DNA of 64,000 nucleotides, from IMG/VR virus record IMGVR_UViG_3300021375_000007, positions 32,001 through 96,000 of that record. One strand, 5' to 3'. The notes beneath the pieces were generated by a model. That model made no database searches, had not been told where the DNA came from, and worked only from the letters and a program-made list of their open reading frames with translations. Source of the stretch: a virus. Made by a program: the position numbers and the translations under genes. Numbering within the stretch: the first letter of the stretch is position 1; every line of letters begins with the position of its first letter. This document shows, piece by piece, positions 58,494 to 64,000 of this stretch.

Positions 58494-58852
58494 TCTTCAT
58501 TCTCCTTTTGAATTTGAGCTAATTCTTCTTCCGCGGCTTGCATTAGCCTTTCACGTTCAAGTTCGGTCATTCCAAAATCATCACCTACATCCGAGGTTTT
58601 ACTGGACGCTGATACTAGTCGTTGAACGATTGCGGCTAACTTAATTAAATGATCATCGTTTTTAACTTGAACATCTAAATACTCTTTCATTATAGGAGCT
58701 ATTATAGTAGCATCTCCTATATTCTTAATAAGAGGTCTTAATTCTTGTATTAAGGTGGTTATTTGACGGTCTTTCTTCTTGGAATTATGATAGATATCCT
58801 TCATGAGATCCGAGAACGTAGTACCGTTAAAAAGTTCAAATTCTGAATTCAT
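58490..58852 (-). CDS. Helical hypothetical protein
   Basis: 120 aa; late motif at 58866-58873. Confidence 0.7.
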   Translation of the reverse strand: MNSEFELFNGTTFSDLMKDIYHNSKKKDRQITTLIQELRPLIKNIGDATIIAPIMKEYLDVQVKNDDHLIKLAAIVQRLVSASSKTSDVGDDFGMTELERERLMQAAEEELAQIQKENEE

Positions 58853-58876
58853 ACTAACCCTTTATTATAAATATGG

Positions 58877-59575
58877 TTAGATTGTATTCTGATGCAGCCA
58901 CCCCGTTTGTTGGTAATTAAGAAACATACGCTTGAAGTCTGACTTCATTACATTAATAACTCGAGTTATGTTTTGAGTTTTAAATCCGGTTCTTTCTCGA
59001 ATAAGAATATACAATGCTTTCTTATTGAAATTTTCGATGTTATCGCGTATACGGAATAATTCTAATACCGAATCTGCTACGGCGATATCTTTACGGTTGG
59101 TAAATACTTTATTCATGTTCTCATCATACCATTCAATGTATAAATTAATAAAGTCTTTCAATTGCTCTTGATAATCAGTATACCCCATTTCTGAAGTCAG
59201 ATTACGTTGCTCATCAACCTCAACCAATTCAGCCTTACGTTTCATACGCTTGTAATTGGTATTATTATTAATAATTAGATAATTCTTTGCAATAATTGAG
59301 AAGTATGAAAAGGCTTTACCTTTACCTTCTTTAAATTTATGTATCTTTTCATTTAAAAATGCAACAACTTCGTGCTGAACATCTTCAGATGGTACATCAA
59401 AATAATAAAATTTAAAAGTATGTATGATATTTTCTGATAGCTTATCAAATGGATACTTGATATGTTCCTTATATATTTTTGAACGTTGTATAGGATCTTC
59501 TGTCTTATTATATAAGATAATAGCATCCTCTGTTTCTTGTGTGAAATAAAAATTCTTAGTTTTCTTCCGCCCCAT
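58877..59575 (-). CDS. Late-transcription sigma factor (gp55-like)
   Basis: YF...AII.YN, KLSENII, EDVQHE and KF...KGKAFSYFSIIAKNYLI, resembling gp55 region 2; ATG at 59575. Confidence 0.75.
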   Translation of the reverse strand: MGRKKTKNFYFTQETEDAIILYNKTEDPIQRSKIYKEHIKYPFDKLSENIIHTFKFYYFDVPSEDVQHEVVAFLNEKIHKFKEGKGKAFSYFSIIAKNYLIINNNTNYKRMKRKAELVEVDEQRNLTSEMGYTDYQEQLKDFINLYIEWYDENMNKVFTNRKDIAVADSVLELFRIRDNIENFNKKALYILIRERTGFKTQNITRVINVMKSDFKRMFLNYQQTGWLHQNTI

Positions 59576-59858
59576 CAAATTCTTTGTTTAATTCTTCTAC
59601 AATATCTTTAAGTGTATTAAAGATTACCCCGGTCTCATCATCTGCTTCAAAAGAACCTATGCGATCCAATTGACGTATATATGAATAATTATTATTTGAT
59701 TTTTTACGTACTGATTCAAAAAATGCATTATATCTAGAATTAGATGATTCTAATTGTTCAACATACTCTTCCACATTTTCTAATTTACGTAATAGATTAA
59801 TTATAACCGGAATCAATATAATTAATATTACCGATACTATACCTAATGCCCATTCCAT
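59556..59858 (-). CDS. Membrane-anchored coiled-coil hypothetical protein
   Basis: N-terminal TM segment; GSFEADDETG motif. Confidence 0.65.
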   Translation of the reverse strand: MEWALGIVSVILIILIPVIINLLRKLENVEEYVEQLESSNSRYNAFFESVRKKSNNNYSYIRQLDRIGSFEADDETGVIFNTLKDIVEELNKEFDGAEEN

Positions 59859-60607
59859 TATTCAAATAATCCTTTAAAGATATCATCAACTTTATTATCG
59901 GATGATGATATTGATTTAGCATTTACTTTTTTAACTGGTGCCTTTTTAGGTGCATTGTTACTACCCGTCTTCCATCTTTCATATTCTATAACGGACGCCA
60001 TATGGTCTGCATGATGCAATACGATTGGCAAGCTAACTCTTAATCTGGAATCTGGGAATCTAGATATATAATATGGTTTATTCGATTCGTCATATAATCC
60101 ATCATGGATACGAATAGCCTGGTATTCATTCCAAGATACTTTTACATTATATTGTTGTAACATCCATAAACCTAAATCAGGTACCATTGCAAATGGATTC
60201 TCTGGGTTTACTTTATAGATGCGTCCTTGGTTCTTACGATGCCATTCGGAATCATTTGGAATATATATTTCACCATTCTTGCCTGGCCAACCTACTTTAC
60301 CGAGATCATGATGAATGGCAGCAAACTTAAGTTCGTTCATATCATATCCAGACATATCTGATCCCATTGCTTCCCATGAATTATAAACCGTGGCAGCGCA
60401 ATCATATACGCGTAATATATGGTCTACATAACCACCTGGAAATGCATTATGGAAATGTTCCATACTCGAAGCTGGCATTAACATAATGCGTTCTTCAAAT
60501 TCATCGTATATAACGTTTAGAGCTTCTGCTCTATCTGGAAACTCTTCGTTTATAATAGTTCTTAAACGGTTCCAATTCTCTTGTATTTGTTCAGCTGTTA
60601 GTTTCAT
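59858..60607 (-). CDS. HD-domain phosphohydrolase
   Basis: HNAFPGGYVDH...HHDLGK...HDG...HHAD metal-binding pattern. Confidence 0.88.
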   Translation of the reverse strand: MKLTAEQIQENWNRLRTIINEEFPDRAEALNVIYDEFEERIMLMPASSMEHFHNAFPGGYVDHILRVYDCAATVYNSWEAMGSDMSGYDMNELKFAAIHHDLGKVGWPGKNGEIYIPNDSEWHRKNQGRIYKVNPENPFAMVPDLGLWMLQQYNVKVSWNEYQAIRIHDGLYDESNKPYYISRFPDSRLRVSLPIVLHHADHMASVIEYERWKTGSNNAPKKAPVKKVNAKSISSSDNKVDDIFKGLFE

Positions 60608-60627
60608 ATATCTTTATTTAATAAAAC

Positions 60628-60657
60628 AATATAATAAAATAATATTAAAGTTCCAAA
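60628..60657 (-). promoter_or_regulatory. Host-type (-33/-7) promoter upstream of the HD / sigma factor operon
   Basis: Sense TTTG-N20-TATATTGT. Confidence 0.6.
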
Positions 60658-60833
60658 TGCTTTGTAACGCAAGTAGAACATAATACCGCCACTACATCAT
60701 CCATGGCCCTAACATACTTATCACATAATGAATACCGATAGTATTTATCTTCTTTATCAGATCCACGACATATCATATGACGATCGCCATTGATAGTTTT
60801 TGTTTTGAAATTATACTTTAATTTTTTTGCCAT
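60645..60833 (-). CDS. Small Cys-rich hypothetical protein
   Basis: 62 aa with four Cys including CSTC. Confidence 0.6.
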   Translation of the reverse strand: MAKKLKYNFKTKTINGDRHMICRGSDKEDKYYRYSLCDKYVRAMDDVVAVLCSTCVTKHLEL

Positions 60834-60847
60834 AACTTTTTATTAAT

Positions 60848-61828
60848 TTAGTAACTAGATACGCTTTTTGTTTTGGTCGGTACTACTGGGTTAACTTCTT
60901 TTTCTTCAATTACATTTTCTTCAATGAGAGGCGCCTCCCCATTGATATCTTCGACCATGCTATTTAAGACCTGATCTAAAGCATCATCCTCATCGAATTC
61001 TGTCGGCGTAATTTTTTCTTCTAACATATCTTCTTTTTTAGTGTTATAAAATATAGTATTAGCAGCAATTACTAATGCCACTGCTAATGGATCAAATACT
61101 AGCATTAATGCAATTATAAACCAATTCACTACCTGGTCTATTGTTTTATCTGTTAATTTAGCAATATACTTTAATGGACCGATTTCAGCTGCTATATCAG
61201 AATCGGTTTCTATATCTAATTTAATTATATCAATTCGAGTTATAGAATCTACTAAGGCCTCTTCAGTCGATGATAATTTATCTCGCTGTGCCTTTGAATC
61301 ATTTAATTGCCGCTCCAACACCTTACGCGTTGCACTTGATGTTGTTGTGATAATATTACCATCTTCATCTTTATATTGTATTACGTTATTAGATAATCCT
61401 TTAGATAATTCCTTAATACTTTCTGCTAGTGAATTCCGTTCAGTTCGTATATCCTCTAATTGCACCGAAAATCTATCTCTTTTTAATTCATATACGGCTA
61501 TATTTTTATCTATTACTTCAAGTTTATTAGAGGTCTCGGAATATGCACTACTTAAATAACCATAGATACCACCTGAGGTAATAATCATCAATATACCAAC
61601 GGCAATGGTTAAATATACCTTTAATAACGCATTTAACCTAGACCAATATTGATAAAGTAGTGATGCTATAACTAATTTTGCAATTTCTAAACTACCAGCC
61701 ATAATTGCTACTTGAATAGAAGCGCCGGCAAACATTTTACTTAATCCTATAACTGAATAAAAAGCTGCAGACAGTGATACTGATAGCGCGGATAATGCCA
61801 CCAGATAAGGTAATACTTTACGTTCCAT
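60848..61828 (-). CDS. Multi-TM membrane protein with long coiled coil
   Basis: Three N-terminal TM segments, a coiled coil, then a C-terminal TM (IIALMLVFDPLAVALVIAA). Confidence 0.75.
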   Translation of the reverse strand: MERKVLPYLVALSALSVSLSAAFYSVIGLSKMFAGASIQVAIMAGSLEIAKLVIASLLYQYWSRLNALLKVYLTIAVGILMIITSGGIYGYLSSAYSETSNKLEVIDKNIAVYELKRDRFSVQLEDIRTERNSLAESIKELSKGLSNNVIQYKDEDGNIITTTSSATRKVLERQLNDSKAQRDKLSSTEEALVDSITRIDIIKLDIETDSDIAAEIGPLKYIAKLTDKTIDQVVNWFIIALMLVFDPLAVALVIAANTIFYNTKKEDMLEEKITPTEFDEDDALDQVLNSMVEDINGEAPLIEENVIEEKEVNPVVPTKTKSVSSY

Positions 61829-61878
61829 TTATTTTTGGGTAACTATTAAGGATCCAATATCCTATTATAGTTATTTTA

Positions 61879-62196
61879 TTATACTAGTTTACGACTCCAT
61901 GGTAATCCACTAGCGGTTTGTCTGGCGCTTCGGGCAGCGATTTTAGCATCTAAAATAGATTGAACTTCTGCCTCGATAGCGGCTACATCAACTTCTGACT
62001 TAACCCAGGCTACTACATCAATTTCTTTTAGATCTTGGTAACCAATAAAATCAGGGGATGATGGATCACCTGTTAGGTTAACAACTCCTCGTTTATCTGA
62101 TACTAGTTCTTTATCGTTTGCTATTACGCGATAATTTATTTTAATTATCAAACCATCGCTTATCTGGCGTTGCATTTTTTCAATTTTCCACTTCAT
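61879..62196 (-). CDS. Small fibre-associated protein
   Basis: W.I...FI.Y.DL.E..V..WV...GLPW pattern common next to fibre genes. Confidence 0.6.
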   Translation of the reverse strand: MKWKIEKMQRQISDGLIIKINYRVIANDKELVSDKRGVVNLTGDPSSPDFIGYQDLKEIDVVAWVKSEVDVAAIEAEVQSILDAKIAARSARQTASGLPWSRKLV

Positions 62197-62238
62197 TTTG
62201 CTATGCTTTTTTAGATCCGTATTAATTTTTATATCTGC

Positions 62239-63156
62239 TTATGTCATTCTTATTCTTAATGCCCCTGCATTATTATATATACCTCCTACTGGTACTCCTC
62301 CGGCTGCGGCAGCTATATCATTTGCATAGTCAAGATTGGTTATTTGCGCTGATACGACTTGTTCTTGAAAGAACTGCATCACTGCAGTCCCAGTCACGTT
62401 GCTAATCTCAAGAAGAGAAGCGGATGTATCGGATATAGTGGTGCTTAATTGAAACCCCGAGGTTCCTAATTCTAATATTAGATCTTCTCCATTATCCAAT
62501 ACCTGCCCTATATCCCATTTTGCATCTTCACCTTCAACAGTGAAAGCTGTACTGATATCAACATGCGTACCATCATCAGCTGTAAAAAGCAGACCATCGT
62601 TTATCTGCCCGGCAGGAGTTCCGCCCATGGCAGTTAGGTCATACCCCCTTAGAGTTCTAGATAGAATCGAGCCAGAATTTTGCGAACCAGAATAATGTGG
62701 TACATTCAATGTTTGGGCTGAGACTTGAGTTGGAAATGAACCCATTCCTGGAATAATGGTATCCCCATCACCTACATAATTTCTTAGTACATAACTACTA
62801 CTAGCTGGGGCGTAACTGCCCGTGACTATAGAAGCAAACACGCTACCTGAAAATGCAAGATCTGTAATAGTCCCACCTTGATTAAGTTGGTATGATCTTA
62901 AGAATAGAGCATCCTCATCTGTTATAAAACTAACTGCATCTGTGAAGTCAACATTAAGGGTTCCACTTATATCCGCGGATCCGGTAAATGGGAAAGCAGC
63001 TCCTCCACCACCTCCGCCTGTGCCGTATACGGTTACGGCTCCTGATGATTCTTTAGTAAATAATTCACCTGATTCATTTACTGAGATTAAAGTATTTCCA
63101 GATCCTGGTGCTGTCACCGATCCTGAATTTACTTGTTTTTGGTATATTCCGCTCAT
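62239..63156 (-). CDS. Fibre-like virion protein
   Basis: GGGGGGAAFPFTGSA.ISG linker; C-terminal YANDIAAAAGGVPVGGIY...LRIR motif. Confidence 0.65.
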   Translation of the reverse strand: MSGIYQKQVNSGSVTAPGSGNTLISVNESGELFTKESSGAVTVYGTGGGGGGAAFPFTGSADISGTLNVDFTDAVSFITDEDALFLRSYQLNQGGTITDLAFSGSVFASIVTGSYAPASSSYVLRNYVGDGDTIIPGMGSFPTQVSAQTLNVPHYSGSQNSGSILSRTLRGYDLTAMGGTPAGQINDGLLFTADDGTHVDISTAFTVEGEDAKWDIGQVLDNGEDLILELGTSGFQLSTTISDTSASLLEISNVTGTAVMQFFQEQVVSAQITNLDYANDIAAAAGGVPVGGIYNNAGALRIRMT

Positions 63157-63168
63157 TTTTGTGTTCCT

Positions 63169-63561
63169 TTAAGGTTTTTTAGGATATGTAACTAAGTTAG
63201 GATTGATAGTTTCCATTAGGCCATCTTTAATAGCTGTTATTGCAGCAACATATTCATTCCATTGGGATTGGGTGCCACTAGGAACATCAGCTAATAGATC
63301 ATCACATTCCTTAACAACTTTAGCTTTAGCTTTTACTGTTTCCCATAGTTCGGTCCATGTTCCGGCATCATAAGAATATAATTTGGTTACCAGACTGGTA
63401 GGTAAAGTAACATCTTCTACTATATCACTATTAGAAGCGGTAACACCCCAAAGTAATAAATCAGATCCAATACTTGTTTTATCTCCATCTTGAGATATAA
63501 CAATATCATCTTCACATTTTGTTAATACTACTTTACTATTTTTATCTACTAATATTTTCAT
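63169..63561 (-). CDS. Tail fibre assembly chaperone-like protein
   Basis: YSYDAGTW...W.EY...YPKKP C-terminal pattern. Confidence 0.55.
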   Translation of the reverse strand: MKILVDKNSKVVLTKCEDDIVISQDGDKTSIGSDLLLWGVTASNSDIVEDVTLPTSLVTKLYSYDAGTWTELWETVKAKAKVVKECDDLLADVPSGTQSQWNEYVAAITAIKDGLMETINPNLVTYPKKP

Positions 63562-63595
63562 GGTTATATTTTATTTTCAATTAGTTTTTAACGTA

Positions 63596-64000
63596 TTACC
63601 CACCAGTAACGGAATAGTATGGATGGAATATTATTTCTGTTGAGCTAATAGCAGTTCCTATTTGTATTCCTGATTCCATCCTACCATCTTCGTATGCTTC
63701 AAGAGTACCATCGCCTTGCAATAGATATATATTCCCTGGTGTGAGGCCTGTCTGTGAAGAATTAACACCTGATATAGTAACACTTACATTAGATCCACTA
63801 GTACCTGCTGCAGCTGCTAACCCTACTAATCCAGACTGATTCTGAGTACCTTGAACTGCAAATCCGTTATCTGAATTGGTAGCAATTGCACCTGCAAACT
63901 TTCGCGTACTTGGGTTATAATTAACAATGGCAAAAGATGCATCGCTAAACGGTGAGGATGTGTTTATGTCGATATCAGGCAGACTGACCATATTGGCTAG
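63596..64000 (-). CDS. Partial virion protein (C-terminus; starts outside window)
   Basis: Frame is open to the window edge; GLTPGNIYLL..DG.L...IGTAISSTEI motif. Confidence 0.6.
   Translation of the reverse strand, partial: LANMVSLPDIDINTSSPFSDASFAIVNYNPSTRKFAGAIATNSDNGFAVQGTQNQSGLVGLAAAAGTSGSNVSVTISGVNSSQTGLTPGNIYLLQGDGTLEAYEDGRMESGIQIGTAISSTEIIFHPYYSVTGG

Noticed and set aside
4731-58873. Reading TATAAATA as T4 late promoters firing on the + strand
   Set aside because: Spacing is fixed relative to minus-strand start codons and there are no credible + strand genes
693-63172. Numerous + strand ORFs in the track (e.g. 2873-3271, 19617-20111, 25262-25759, 29483-29941)
   Set aside because: They lie antisense to well-supported minus-strand genes, have shadow-type composition (Ser/Leu/Phe-rich) and lack recognisable motifs
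1-64000. Alternative genetic code (stop-codon reassignment)
   Set aside because: Core genes are full length under code 11, and TAA, TAG and TGA all terminate genes at sensible positions
1-64000. tRNA or rRNA genes
   Set aside because: Intergenic gaps are short and none shows a cloverleaf or T-loop GTTCGA context by eye; tRNAscan-SE would be needed to be certain

Overview
A 64-kb AT-rich segment of a large lytic T4-superfamily (Far-T4/RM378-like) myophage. Essentially all real genes lie on the minus strand and are tightly packed. It holds the virion morphogenesis region: tube-initiator-like protein, tape measure, gp26-like chaperone, tube, sheath, neck, major capsid, scaffold, prohead protease, portal, large terminase and baseplate gp5/gp25/gp6/wedge/fibre proteins. 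It also encodes a primase, a fused Mre11-Rad50 (gp47-gp46), a T7-type endonuclease I, a gp55-like late sigma factor, an HD hydrolase, PhoH and ribosomal protein bS21. The host is inferred to be Bacteroidota from a T9SS type-B C-terminal domain, Gln at +1 of signal peptides and TTG-N19/20-TATATT promoters. Main observations: (1) a three-gene secreted cassette (11.2-12.7 kb) that looks like a phage-encoded, T9SS-anchored filament built by C-terminal donor-strand complementation; (2) a likely programmed +1 frameshift at UUU-UUU-U joining the gp26-like chaperone to a start-less gp51-like ORF; (3) bS21 without a Shine-Dalgarno (SD) site next to SD-bearing late genes; (4) a recurrent late promoter ATATTTAT(A/T), the reverse complement of the T4 late box; (5) a pervasive [ST]-[GAS]-S motif in exterior virion proteins; (6) a structured 133-nt spacer bounded by AATGCCA repeats between two virion ORFs. 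No tRNA, rRNA, CRISPR array, integrase or transposase was seen. All product calls come from motif recognition and synteny, not database searches.
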